Shown: piece by piece, positions 21,024-30,567 of the stretch | How the letters are laid out: every line of letters begins with the position of its first letter | How positions within the stretch are numbered: the stretch's first letter is position 1 | Assembly: GCA_902525635.1 (NCBI GenBank) | Contig: CABZHV010000003.1 | Span: forward strand, 9,538 to 73,537 | From: an uncultured SAR86 cluster bacterium | GTDB lineage: Bacteria > Pseudomonadota > Gammaproteobacteria > Magnimaribacterales > D2472 | Length of the DNA stretch: 64,000 nt | Direction: 5' to 3' | Position numbers and translations under genes: made by a program | Notes under the pieces: generated by a model | What the model was told of the DNA's origin: nothing | What the model saw: only the letters and a program-made list of their open reading frames with translations | The model's database searches: none

Positions 21024-21486
21024 TTATAAAAATCTCTGTAAAAGATCCCTTCTCGTTTTTTATATAAGTTACTTTACTAAAATCTTTTTCTAACATAAAA
21101 GCTATCTTGTCTGAAACAGAGAAAGATTCCTGTAAATTTTTTGTTTCAAAAGAAATTTTTAGATACTGATCAATATTAGCCACTTCAAGATTTTTTATAT
21201 CTGAATCTATCGAATTCTCTATAAATGATTCGATCTCTGCTGGATCATTTGACTGATTAATCAATAGATTACTTAGTTGTTGAGCTTTTAGAGCTACGTA
21301 TTCATAATCAGATTTAGCTTTATCAAGTTTTTTTGATGAAAAATTCAAGGACTGAATTGTATTACTGACAATAAAAAATAATATTAAAGTAACAACCATT
21401 AATAAAGCAGCCATTATTAAATTTCTTTCTCTATTATTTAAGTTATTCAAAAAATTATTCATTGTAAAATCCAATCTTAATCTCAC
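21013..21486 (-). CDS. gspM: type II secretion system protein M
   Basis: Last gene of the gsp operon, with a single N-terminal TM. The real start is probably the internal MNNFLNN... near 21462. Confidence 0.55.
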   Translation of the reverse strand: MRLRLDFTMNNFLNNLNNRERNLIMAALLMVVTLILFFIVSNTIQSLNFSSKKLDKAKSDYEYVALKAQQLSNLLINQSNDPAEIESFIENSIDSDIKNLEVANIDQYLKISFETKNLQESFSVSDKIAFMLEKDFSKVTYIKNEKGSFTEIFIINP

Positions 21487-22615
21487 CAGAAATCAAATTT
21501 TCATTTGAAGCTACATTCTCACTTATAATTTCGACATTTAAACTTCCAACAGTATTTTTAATCAATCGATATTGAATCTCTGGTAGGCCTTCTAAAGATA
21601 ATACTGCCTCATTTGAATTAAAATCTATATCTACACTTTTAAGATAATTTTCACCTAGAGAAACCAAAAAGTTTAAGTTAGTAAAATTTGAAATAGGATT
21701 ATCTATTTCTGCTAATGGAGTAAGAGATATTTGATTAATAAGTTGATCTATTTGAATCTTTGGAGTCACTACTCTATTAGTATTTTTATCTATTGCTTTA
21801 AAAATATTAAAGGTTTCTGATTCGTAGATGCTTATTTGCTTATTATTTTGAGATACAAATAAGTAAGGAAGAGACAAAGAACAAAATATTAGGAATGCAC
21901 ATAAATATAACTCCATTCTAGTGAAATTAAGTTTATTAAAAATATTTTTAATAGAGACTTCAAACTTAAATAAATTTGGTTCTTTATCGTTTTTATTCTT
22001 AACGAAATCAGAGATATTAAATTTTTTTCTGATCTTAAATGTTTTTAAGTCCTTCACATCACTATCACAATAAATAATTGGATCAAAATCAGGATAATTA
22101 ATTTTTACAGTTTCAATATATTGATTTAATGAATCATGTTCTATTGAACTTCCAGTACCGTTTTTGAAGGAAAATAAGAACTTATTATTAAATTCTGTAA
22201 TAGTATCTTTTCCGAATTGTCTATTTAAAAAATAATCTGGTAAAACTAGAATTTTGCAATTTAATGTATTTAACATGGTATTTAGTTCTTCATACAATGT
22301 TTTATTAATAACAAAACTATTCTCATTAAAAATAAAAAATTCGTTCTTTGAGATATCGTCTACGATAAATGAATCAATATCTGATATGAAATTAGCTAGA
22401 TTATTTTGTTTTGAAAGGTTCTGATTATTCTCAAAAACATAGCTGCTTATTATTGAAGATGGAACAAGATAAATAAGAGTATCTTTTTGACTCAAAGAAT
22501 CAAATTCATTTAAATTTGAAAAAGTGTTTGTTTGTTTGTAATTATCAGAACTGTGATGATATTTACCATTACTTAAACTTAAATTATCGGGATATGCAAC
22601 AATCGTATTCATCAA
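21455..22615 (-). CDS. gspL: type II secretion system protein L
   Basis: Position between gspK and gspM. 386 aa bitopic protein with central TM LYLCAFLIFCSLSLPYLFV. Confidence 0.6.
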   Translation of the reverse strand: MMNTIVAYPDNLSLSNGKYHHSSDNYKQTNTFSNLNEFDSLSQKDTLIYLVPSSIISSYVFENNQNLSKQNNLANFISDIDSFIVDDISKNEFFIFNENSFVINKTLYEELNTMLNTLNCKILVLPDYFLNRQFGKDTITEFNNKFLFSFKNGTGSSIEHDSLNQYIETVKINYPDFDPIIYCDSDVKDLKTFKIRKKFNISDFVKNKNDKEPNLFKFEVSIKNIFNKLNFTRMELYLCAFLIFCSLSLPYLFVSQNNKQISIYESETFNIFKAIDKNTNRVVTPKIQIDQLINQISLTPLAEIDNPISNFTNLNFLVSLGENYLKSVDIDFNSNEAVLSLEGLPEIQYRLIKNTVGSLNVEIISENVASNENLISGEIKIGFYNE

Positions 22616-23586
22616 ATTCCATTATAAATTCTTGAGATAATAAAACCATTGTTATTACCCTCATAAATTATTTTACTTGTAGAAGATGATACAAAATCTT
22701 CAAAAATTATTTCTGTATTAATTTCATAAATATTTGAATTAAATTTGATTTCTCCGTATGCATCCTCAAAATTCATATCAGGAAAATTATTTTTAAAGTT
22801 AATTAAATCATCGAAGCCTGACTCTGGAATATTGTCCAAGATATATTCAGCCTCTTGTAAGGATATATTTGGAAATAAAGAGCTTAATACATAAGTATCC
22901 TTTAAATTAAGAGTATTAACGTTAAGAGATATTTGACTAGCTTCAGGAATAGCACAAAAATTTTTTTTTATTATTGACCAATCAATTTGTTTTACCGCTG
23001 GAATACTTTTTAATTCGTCTATTGAGACCATTAATCTCATTCCAGTATATTCTTTTGGGTTATGAAGAGGTCCAGAATAATAATAATCTTCAAGGCCATA
23101 AGCCCTAGGATTTGAATCAAAATCAATCCAATCAATGGTCTGATCTATAATTTCCTCAATAACATTATTATCAACTTCATTTAACGAAAGTATTTTTCTG
23201 ATTGATGCAATAGAATTCTCATTTTCAACAAATTCACCTTCATTAATAATCACGATAGAATTTATATTAAGACAATTGCTAGCATCTGATATTTTTCCGA
23301 TAATATCCGCTCCATTGAGATTAAAATAAAAATTATCTTTTAGAATTGGATTATTTTTTGAAATTTTGCTTCGATTGAATTTAAGTTCTTTTTCAATTTT
23401 TTCTTTTGATAGTGCTTCAATATTTCTAAAAATATTCAAAGATAGCGTTTGAAACTCAATGTACTCTGCTCTTTTAAGGGATAAAAAATATTTATTACCA
23501 AATAAAACTGCAACCGATGAAAGCAAGAGTACTATCAATAAGATAGAAATTAAAACTATACCTTTAGTTCTTGAATTCATAATCAA
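22612..23586 (-). CDS. gspK: type II secretion minor pseudopilin K
   Basis: N-terminal hydrophobic helix KGIVLISILLIVLLL. Size and operon position fit GspK. Confidence 0.7.
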   Translation of the reverse strand: MIMNSRTKGIVLISILLIVLLLSSVAVLFGNKYFLSLKRAEYIEFQTLSLNIFRNIEALSKEKIEKELKFNRSKISKNNPILKDNFYFNLNGADIIGKISDASNCLNINSIVIINEGEFVENENSIASIRKILSLNEVDNNVIEEIIDQTIDWIDFDSNPRAYGLEDYYYSGPLHNPKEYTGMRLMVSIDELKSIPAVKQIDWSIIKKNFCAIPEASQISLNVNTLNLKDTYVLSSLFPNISLQEAEYILDNIPESGFDDLINFKNNFPDMNFEDAYGEIKFNSNIYEINTEIIFEDFVSSSTSKIIYEGNNNGFIISRIYNGI

Positions 23587-24157
23587 TATTAGGTTCGATT
23601 ATCCATACATAATCTTTATTATTTTTGGTAAATTCTAGTTTTATTAATGTAGGTATTTTTCTTTCAGTGATTGGTGCCGATGGCCATCTTTCATACCATG
23701 TACTTTGATACATAAATCTAAGATCTAAATCTGATATATCTTCAATCAAAACAGTTTTAATATTTTCATCCACATCATATGGATTAGAAGAATAAAATTG
23801 TTTTCTAAGGAGTTTATTTCCATCAAGTTGATATTCGACTCTTTTTATTGGTGATATATCATTTGATATAGATTTAATTTTTGTATTAAAAGTCATTATA
23901 TTCTCAGTATTATTTCCAATAAATGTTCCATTTATTTGATTACCATAAAAATCTCGCAGTGGAACATTAATAATCTGTCTTATGTCTCGTTTAAGTGTGA
24001 TTGAAGAAAAATTTAGTTTTCTTGCTGATTGGAGTCTGTCTGATGAAAGGCGCTCTGTTTCCAGAGATGATTGTAGTATATTTGATGAAATAACGGCAAT
24101 CATTGAAAGAATAATTAAAGATACTAAAACTTCAATTAACGTAAAACCTTTTTTCAT
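23564..24157 (-). CDS. gspJ: type II secretion minor pseudopilin J
   Basis: Prepilin leader MKKGFTLIEVLVSL. 197 aa. Confidence 0.8.
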   Translation of the reverse strand: MKKGFTLIEVLVSLIILSMIAVISSNILQSSLETERLSSDRLQSARKLNFSSITLKRDIRQIINVPLRDFYGNQINGTFIGNNTENIMTFNTKIKSISNDISPIKRVEYQLDGNKLLRKQFYSSNPYDVDENIKTVLIEDISDLDLRFMYQSTWYERWPSAPITERKIPTLIKLEFTKNNKDYVWIIEPNIDYEFKN

Positions 24158-24537
24158 TTTGTGTAATAACCATTAATGGAATAAATATATGTTTCCGAAC
24201 CATCAAGTTTTACAGAAATTTTATACTCAAAAAAATTGTCGTCTTGGCTATTAATGATAGTTTCATCCCATATCCATTTTTGTCCACCCATTATCATCTG
24301 GCCAGTTCTATCTATTGGTTTTAATGATTTTTCAATTGTATTTATTAATGAAATTCTATTATTTGCGACTTCTTTAGCTAGATATCTTTGCTCTAAGTCA
24401 TAGCTTGATACTGCAGTTGATAAAATAAGGTTGTATATAGTAATAACGGATACACTTAAAATAAATAAGGCAACTACAACTTCAACTAGACTAAAGCCTT
24501 TGTTAATAACTGATAATTTCATCTGTGATTTGTCCAT
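24154..24537 (-). CDS. gspI: type II secretion minor pseudopilin I
   Basis: Prepilin motif KGFSLVEVVVAL. 127 aa. Confidence 0.8.
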   Translation of the reverse strand: MDKSQMKLSVINKGFSLVEVVVALFILSVSVITIYNLILSTAVSSYDLEQRYLAKEVANNRISLINTIEKSLKPIDRTGQMIMGGQKWIWDETIINSQDDNFFEYKISVKLDGSETYIYSINGYYTK

Positions 24538-25051
24538 TGCTAAAAATAATAAGCCTTTGAATATAATTTGAGTGATAAATATCTATTTGACCACCAGAGT
24601 TTTCTCCAGATGGATAAAAAATCATCATCGGCAATTCAAGCATCTGGTCATTCAATTCTATAATTGATCCATCTTCAAATTTAAATGTTTTCCTTAGCGA
24701 GGATGTGTCTGACCAAAATGTGTTTTTGTAATTAGAATCTATTTTATTTTTTTTATCGTCTGTAAGATATTCTGCGAATTGTTTATCTGAACTTAGATAT
24801 AGGCCAATAGTATTACCAGTAATAATACTCTCCTCTGTTAAAAAATTTACAGTTCTTTGAAATGAATTAGATTGTTTTTCAATTGAATTTAACGAACTAA
24901 AGTTTACAGTAATTAATGTTGTCGTTATTCCAATAATAATTAATACAACAAGTAGCTCAATTAAAGTAAATCCTGATCGATATTGTTTATTGTTGCATCC
25001 AGTTTCCAAAATCTGCGTCCTCACCAGATCCTCCTTCAACTCCATCAGCAC
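24503..25051 (-). CDS. gspH: type II secretion minor pseudopilin H
   Basis: SGFTLIELLVVLIIIG prepilin motif. The track start overlaps gspG by 65 nt. A GTG preceded by AAGGAGGA, or a TTG further downstream, is the more likely start. Confidence 0.75.
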   Translation of the reverse strand: MLMELKEDLVRTQILETGCNNKQYRSGFTLIELLVVLIIIGITTTLITVNFSSLNSIEKQSNSFQRTVNFLTEESIITGNTIGLYLSSDKQFAEYLTDDKKNKIDSNYKNTFWSDTSSLRKTFKFEDGSIIELNDQMLELPMMIFYPSGENSGGQIDIYHSNYIQRLIIFSNGQITDEIISY

Positions 25052-25424
25052 CTAAAGTATATAAGTCATATTTTTGAGAGCGTCTAGAGGGATATTCATA
25101 GATATATTCTCTTCCCCATGGATCTTTTGGAATTGCAGAAATGTAGCCACCTTGAGGATAAAGAAAAGGATTCTTTAATTCAGGGTGAGGAGTTACAAGA
25201 GCATCTAAGCCTTGCGACGTTGAAGGATATGACAATTCATTAAATCTATATAGTTCAAGTGCTTTATTTGTATTAGCCATGTCAGCCCTAATTTTTTCGA
25301 GATTTGCTCTTTGAAAAACTGGATCCACACTTACAACTACAATGGTTGCTAAAATACCTAAAATAACCAAAACAGCCATTAATTCTATTAGTGTAAAACC
25401 TTTTTCATTGTCTTTGGTTTTCAT
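24987..25424 (-). CDS. gspG: type II secretion major pseudopilin G
   Basis: KGFTLIELMAVLVILGILA leader and helix. 145 aa with a conserved GspG C-terminal region (DPWGREY). Confidence 0.95.
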   Translation of the reverse strand: MKTKDNEKGFTLIELMAVLVILGILATIVVVSVDPVFQRANLEKIRADMANTNKALELYRFNELSYPSTSQGLDALVTPHPELKNPFLYPQGGYISAIPKDPWGREYIYEYPSRRSQKYDLYTLGADGVEGGSGEDADFGNWMQQ

Positions 25425-26611
25425 ATTGCTAGAGTATTCATTTGCATAATTGGTATTAGTATAGCTAGAACTATCATCATAATAAATCCACCCATAAAAA
25501 TTATTACTATTGGTTCAAGAAGTGATAGAAATACGGATCTTTTATTTTCAATTTCAGATTTCATAAAATTAGAAACCTTATTAAACATTTTCTCAAGATT
25601 GCCAGATCTGTATCCACTTGCAATTAATTGGATAAAAATATCTGGGAAAATTTCATTTTGTTTCATAGTAATAATAAAGTCTTTTCCTTCGACTACATCA
25701 TTTCTAGCATTCATGATTATGTTTGATAAATATTGATTATTAAAGATTTTTGAGCATTCTTCCAAAGCAATATCAAGATTTGTTCCAGAGGCTAAAAGTA
25801 ATTCCATAGTGCTTGAAAATCTTTCTAACTCTGAATTTAAAATAAAATTACCCAAGAAAGGAATAGCTAGAATCTTTTTATCAACTAATAATTTATTTTT
25901 TTCTTTTTTGGTATATTTTTTATAAAGGTAATAAAAACCCACAGATAAAAAAGTAATAACCAGTAGTATGGGAATAATGTTATTTGAAATTCCAATTAAA
26001 AACTTTGTTATAAATGGTAATTCAGCTCCTGCTTTAATAAATTGATCAATAACTTGAGGCAAAACAAATGCTAGCAAAGATATAACTACAATAAATGAAA
26101 ATCCAATTAATATGAGTGGATAAGTTAAGGCTGATATAACTTTTTGCCTTATAGATGCGCTTTCTTCTAGGTAATCTGCAAGTTTGGAAAAAACAGTATC
26201 TAAATTTCCTGAAGAGTCTCCTGCTGATACCATCGATACATAAGTGTCTGAAAAAATACCTGGAAATTTTTTCATTGAATTTCCTAACCTTTTACCTTGT
26301 ACAAGGTCTTCTTTGAGATTGTATAAAATTTGAATCAAGTTTTTATTTTTAGTCTGTCTAGCTGTTATATCGATTGAATCGACAATAGGAGTACTTGCTT
26401 CAAGCAATGTTGCAAGTTGCCTAGTCATCAAGACAATATCTTTATTTTTTATTCTAAGAGTCTTATCTAAGTTTTTAGACTCTGATATTTTTAATGGTGT
26501 TAATTTGAGGTCTTTTACAAGTTTTCTAGCTTCTCTTTCTGAATCAGCGCTAAGAATACCTTTTTTCTTAATACCAGCATCATTAATAGCTGTATAACTA
26601 TATGATGGCAT
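25421..26611 (-). CDS. gspF: type II secretion inner-membrane platform protein F
   Basis: 396 aa with a duplicated GspF/PilC domain architecture and three TM segments. Confidence 0.9.
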   Translation of the reverse strand: MPSYSYTAINDAGIKKKGILSADSEREARKLVKDLKLTPLKISESKNLDKTLRIKNKDIVLMTRQLATLLEASTPIVDSIDITARQTKNKNLIQILYNLKEDLVQGKRLGNSMKKFPGIFSDTYVSMVSAGDSSGNLDTVFSKLADYLEESASIRQKVISALTYPLILIGFSFIVVISLLAFVLPQVIDQFIKAGAELPFITKFLIGISNNIIPILLVITFLSVGFYYLYKKYTKKEKNKLLVDKKILAIPFLGNFILNSELERFSSTMELLLASGTNLDIALEECSKIFNNQYLSNIIMNARNDVVEGKDFIITMKQNEIFPDIFIQLIASGYRSGNLEKMFNKVSNFMKSEIENKRSVFLSLLEPIVIIFMGGFIMMIVLAILIPIMQMNTLAI

Positions 26612-28097
26612 CTTCTTTGATATTATTTACTCTTATTATTTCTTCGCATGACGTTACCCCACTAACAATTAAGTCAATGGAAGCTTTATCTATAGACTGA
26701 TTGTCTTTAAATACATAGTCTGAGATTTCATTTTCTGAGGCATCGTTATGAATTAAATCTTTTAATGTCTTGTCTATCTGAATACATTCAGCAATAGCGA
26801 TTCTTCCCTGATAACCAGTATGATTGCATTCATCACATCCATTTGCAGAAAAAACAGATTTATTTTTATCTAATCCAAAAATATCTACAGACTCAGTGCT
26901 TGGTTTATTTTCAGTCTTACAATATGGGCAAAGCCTTCTTACCAACCTTTGTGAGATTATTGTTCTTAAACTTGATGCTAACAAAAAGGACTCAATTCCC
27001 ATATCTCTAAGCCTAGTTATTGCAGCAACTGCATTATTGGTATGAACAGTAGATAGAACAAGATGACCAGTTAAACTTGATTGAATTCCAATTTGAGCAG
27101 TTTCAGTGTCTCTCATCTCGCCAACCATAACCACATCTGGATCTTGTCTTAAGATTGCTCGCAATCCTTTTGCAAATGTATAGCCTGTTTTTGTATTGAC
27201 TTGTGTCTGGCCTATACCGTTAAGTGTGTATTCAATGGGATCCTCAACAGTGAGAATATTTTGAGAGGAATCATTTAAATACCGTAAACCAGCATAAAGT
27301 GTTGTAGTTTTTCCTGATCCAGTAGGTCCTGTAAATAGAATAATGCCTTCAGGATTTTTTAATGAACTTTTATAGTTTGAAAGTATTTTTTTTGGTAATC
27401 CTAAGTCATCAATATTAATTTGAGCTGATTGTTTGTCTAAAATTCTAAGTACAATTCTTTCACCATAAGATGATGGAAGTGTTGATACTCTTACATCAAC
27501 ATTTTTATCTCCAAGAGATAAGGAGACTCTGCCGTCTTGAGGTAATCTTCTTTCAGATATATCAAGGCCAGATATTATTTTAATTCTTGAAATTAGAATA
27601 GAGGCAATCTTACTATCTTGTTTAAGAATTTCTTTAAGAATACCATCAATCCTAAAACGTATAATTACAAAATCCTCATAGGGTTCAAAATGAATATCGG
27701 AAGCCCTACTTTTTATAGCTTGACTGATAACACCGTTAATTAACTTAATTATTGGTGCGTCATTATTTCCACTTAAAAGATCCTCTGTGGCATTTATACT
27801 TCCTGCAAAATCTTGCAAATCAAAGTTATCTGTTAATTCCTCCGATATATTTTCTTGATGATCACTTGTTGTAAATGAATTAGTAAGAATTTCGTTAAAT
27901 TCATCTGGATCACATAATTTAAATGTAAATTCAGAGTCTAAAAACCTTTGAATTTCCTGGTATATATTTAGCGATATTGGTTTAGGTGATGAAACTATGA
28001 TTCCCTTTCCATTCTGTACAGCAATAACTTCATTCTCTTTTACAAAATCATAAGGAAAAATGTTTGTCTGAATGTTTTCTTTAATAGAATCACTCAT
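26598..28097 (-). CDS. gspE: type II secretion ATPase E
   Basis: Walker A GPTGSGKTT and the tetracysteine motif CPYC...CDEC. 499 aa. Confidence 0.95.
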   Translation of the reverse strand: MSDSIKENIQTNIFPYDFVKENEVIAVQNGKGIIVSSPKPISLNIYQEIQRFLDSEFTFKLCDPDEFNEILTNSFTTSDHQENISEELTDNFDLQDFAGSINATEDLLSGNNDAPIIKLINGVISQAIKSRASDIHFEPYEDFVIIRFRIDGILKEILKQDSKIASILISRIKIISGLDISERRLPQDGRVSLSLGDKNVDVRVSTLPSSYGERIVLRILDKQSAQINIDDLGLPKKILSNYKSSLKNPEGIILFTGPTGSGKTTTLYAGLRYLNDSSQNILTVEDPIEYTLNGIGQTQVNTKTGYTFAKGLRAILRQDPDVVMVGEMRDTETAQIGIQSSLTGHLVLSTVHTNNAVAAITRLRDMGIESFLLASSLRTIISQRLVRRLCPYCKTENKPSTESVDIFGLDKNKSVFSANGCDECNHTGYQGRIAIAECIQIDKTLKDLIHNDASENEISDYVFKDNQSIDKASIDLIVSGVTSCEEIIRVNNIKEDAII

Positions 28098-28099
28098 TA

Positions 28100-29944
28100 T
28101 TAGTCTTTAGGATTAGTAAGATCAATAATAGTATTATTCTTTAATTGTTGCTCAGCTTTGAAATAATTATATTTTTCAAGTGAAATCTCATTTGCAATAT
28201 CTGAATTAGTTAGAATAGTTGGTTTTAAAAAAACCATAAGATTTTTGGTGCTTGTGCTAGTGGACGAGGATTGAAAAATCCTTCCAAGAAGAGGTATTGA
28301 TCCTAGAAGTGGTACTTTTGAAACAACTTCTTGAGTATCCTCATCTATAAGTCCACCCAAAACAATAATTTGATTATTATCAACTAAAACAGTCGTTTCT
28401 ATTTCTCTTTTATTTGTTATTAGATCTAACCCACTTTGAGATATTCCAGCAACTCCTGAAACACCCTGTTTTATATTAAGAATAACTGATGCTCCCTCAT
28501 TAATTTGAGGCGTAATTTCCAATTCTATTCCAACTTCTTGTCTGGAAGTTGTTCTAAACGGATTTGAATTATTGGTTCCAAGACTCTCTCCAGTTGTTAT
28601 AGGAATTTCTTGTCCAATAAAAAGTCTTGCTGGTTCATTATCCATAGCTAATATAGATGGAGTTGATAAAATATTAGAATCAGTATCTTCTGCAATTGCA
28701 TTAAGAATTCCAACAAAGTTATCTTTTCCCTTAGTTAAATCACCAAAGCCTGCAACTAAACCCTGGGTGTTTAATAAAGATGATACCGCCGTATTAGTTA
28801 GTGTAACGTCACTTTCATTATCTGCGGCTCCTGCTATTGCAAGAAGGTCTGCTCCAGAACCTGAAAATCTAGTAATGCCTATTGGAATGCTGTCCTCATC
28901 ATTGCCTGAATAGATAGCTTCAACTCCAAGTCTTGTTGCAGCTTTTTCTGATAAATCAACCACAATTGCTTCAACAAGAACTTGTGCCCTTCTTATATCT
29001 AATTTAGAAACAATATTCCTGATAGAATTCAAATTATCTTCGGCTGAAGATATAACCAAAGAATTTGTTTTTTCATGATGAGTAATTACTGTCTTTTTTC
29101 CTTCAGCATCACTTATAAAGCTTCCAGAAATTGAGTTTAGTATGGCTGATATATCTTTAGCTTGAGCATATTTTAAATAAATAACATCCATAGAATCATC
29201 ACTCATTATGTCTTTATCTAAAGAATTTAAAGTATTGGTAATATTATTAGTTATTAGATCATTGGCTGATAAAATCACAGAATTTGACGGTGTGAACGGG
29301 ATAGCAATAAATTGATTGATAGTCGGATTGTTTTGTGTTTTAAGTCTGTCCAAAATTCTAACAGCTTCGATTGATGATAAATTATTAAGCTTCAGAATGC
29401 TTATCTTTGCAGTATTGTTTTTATCTAAATCATTTAATAGATTCCTAATGCGATTAACATTGCTAGCTCGGTCAACAAGCAAGATAGAGTTTATTGATGC
29501 AATGTTAGAGAGATGAGACTGTCTGCCAGTAATTGGTTTTATCATTGGCAAAATTTCTTCAGATGATCTATTTATCAATGGTATAACGGCTGTTTCAAAA
29601 CCTCCTAAAGAAGATTCGCTTGTCATATCTCGAGTCGCTTCATTTTCAGGAACAACCCTAAGGAATCCATCTTCAGAAATTGCACCGAACCCATTGACCT
29701 GGATTGTTCTTAAATACACATCCCAAACCTGATCCCTATTTAAGTTCGCATTTGAGTAAATAGTAATTTTTCCTTTTACTCTTGGATCTAAAACAATTGT
29801 TTTTTTTGAAAATTGAGCTATATCTTGTGTAACTTTTTTTATATCAACATCTTCATAATTTAATATAAATGAGTCCTGGGCATTAATATTTCCAAATGAA
29901 GTTAATAGAACACAAATTAATTTAAATTTTAAAAGACTTCTCAT
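28100..29944 (-). CDS. gspD: type II secretion secretin D
   Basis: Signal peptide, N-domains, and a C-terminal secretin core (VPLLGSIPLLGRIF). 614 aa. Confidence 0.95.
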   Translation of the reverse strand: MRSLLKFKLICVLLTSFGNINAQDSFILNYEDVDIKKVTQDIAQFSKKTIVLDPRVKGKITIYSNANLNRDQVWDVYLRTIQVNGFGAISEDGFLRVVPENEATRDMTSESSLGGFETAVIPLINRSSEEILPMIKPITGRQSHLSNIASINSILLVDRASNVNRIRNLLNDLDKNNTAKISILKLNNLSSIEAVRILDRLKTQNNPTINQFIAIPFTPSNSVILSANDLITNNITNTLNSLDKDIMSDDSMDVIYLKYAQAKDISAILNSISGSFISDAEGKKTVITHHEKTNSLVISSAEDNLNSIRNIVSKLDIRRAQVLVEAIVVDLSEKAATRLGVEAIYSGNDEDSIPIGITRFSGSGADLLAIAGAADNESDVTLTNTAVSSLLNTQGLVAGFGDLTKGKDNFVGILNAIAEDTDSNILSTPSILAMDNEPARLFIGQEIPITTGESLGTNNSNPFRTTSRQEVGIELEITPQINEGASVILNIKQGVSGVAGISQSGLDLITNKREIETTVLVDNNQIIVLGGLIDEDTQEVVSKVPLLGSIPLLGRIFQSSSTSTSTKNLMVFLKPTILTNSDIANEISLEKYNYFKAEQQLKNNTIIDLTNPKD

Positions 29945-30345
29945 AAATTATTACCAACACGATTCTCAATTCTATATAATTTTTCTTTATTGCGAAATAT
30001 TACTTCATCTTTTGTTACTTCTATTAATTCATAAGTTCCTTCTAATTTTTCACCTTTAGCGACAACATACTCTTTATTGCCTTTCTTTAATATTACAGAT
30101 GAATCACTTTTACCAGATCTATATCCGATAAGCTGATAATCAAAAGAAGAAATATTATTAATAGCCTCTGTATTACTAATAAACTCTTTAGAATTTGAAT
30201 TAAAAGATATATCAGCCATATTTGAAACATTTATATTTTTAATATCAGGTCGGTTGAATATCAAGCTCATATTTGATGCAATAAGATACAGCGCAGGCAG
30301 AGCCAGAGCAAAGATAATAATCTTTTTAATTTTGATAAAGTCCAT
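29941..30345 (-). CDS. gspC: short GspC-like protein (TM plus HR domain, no PDZ)
   Basis: First gene of the operon. N-terminal TM and a C-terminal HR-like beta region (VILKKGNKEYVVAKGEKLEGTYELIEVTKDEVIF). Only 134 aa. Confidence 0.55.
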   Translation of the reverse strand: MDFIKIKKIIIFALALPALYLIASNMSLIFNRPDIKNINVSNMADISFNSNSKEFISNTEAINNISSFDYQLIGYRSGKSDSSVILKKGNKEYVVAKGEKLEGTYELIEVTKDEVIFRNKEKLYRIENRVGNNL

Positions 30346-30494
30346 AAGTAAAAAAGAGCTTTTATTTTAGCTCATTTTTGGACTCAATACATTTACTGAC
30401 TAATTCCAGATGCCTTTATAACTTTATTAAGTCTTCCAGACTTCATAAATATGTGAAATTTTTTCCAAATTGTTGTAATCACTTCACTCTCCAC

Positions 30495-30534
30495 TGTTGC
30501 ATTTATGAAACATAAATGTGACATTTGTGTAACA
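30495..30534 (-). promoter_or_regulatory. Pho-box-like array of four 7-bp repeats with exact 11-bp period
   Basis: The minus strand reads TGTTACA-caaa-TGTCACA-ttta-TGTTTCA-taaa-TGCAACA (compare E. coli CTGTCAT-AAAA-CTGTCAT). Lies between the sensor-kinase stop (30568) and the gspC start (30345). Confidence 0.45.
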
Positions 30535-30567
30535 TTCTAGATAATGTAGGTAATAAAGTAAAGGTTT

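Noticed and set aside
30350-30373. Hairpin GAGCT-N8-AGCTC followed by T6 just 5 nt upstream of the gspC ATG, as a terminator or attenuator
   Set aside because: A 5-bp stem with an 8-nt loop is too weak to call. It is recorded only as context for the gspC upstream region.
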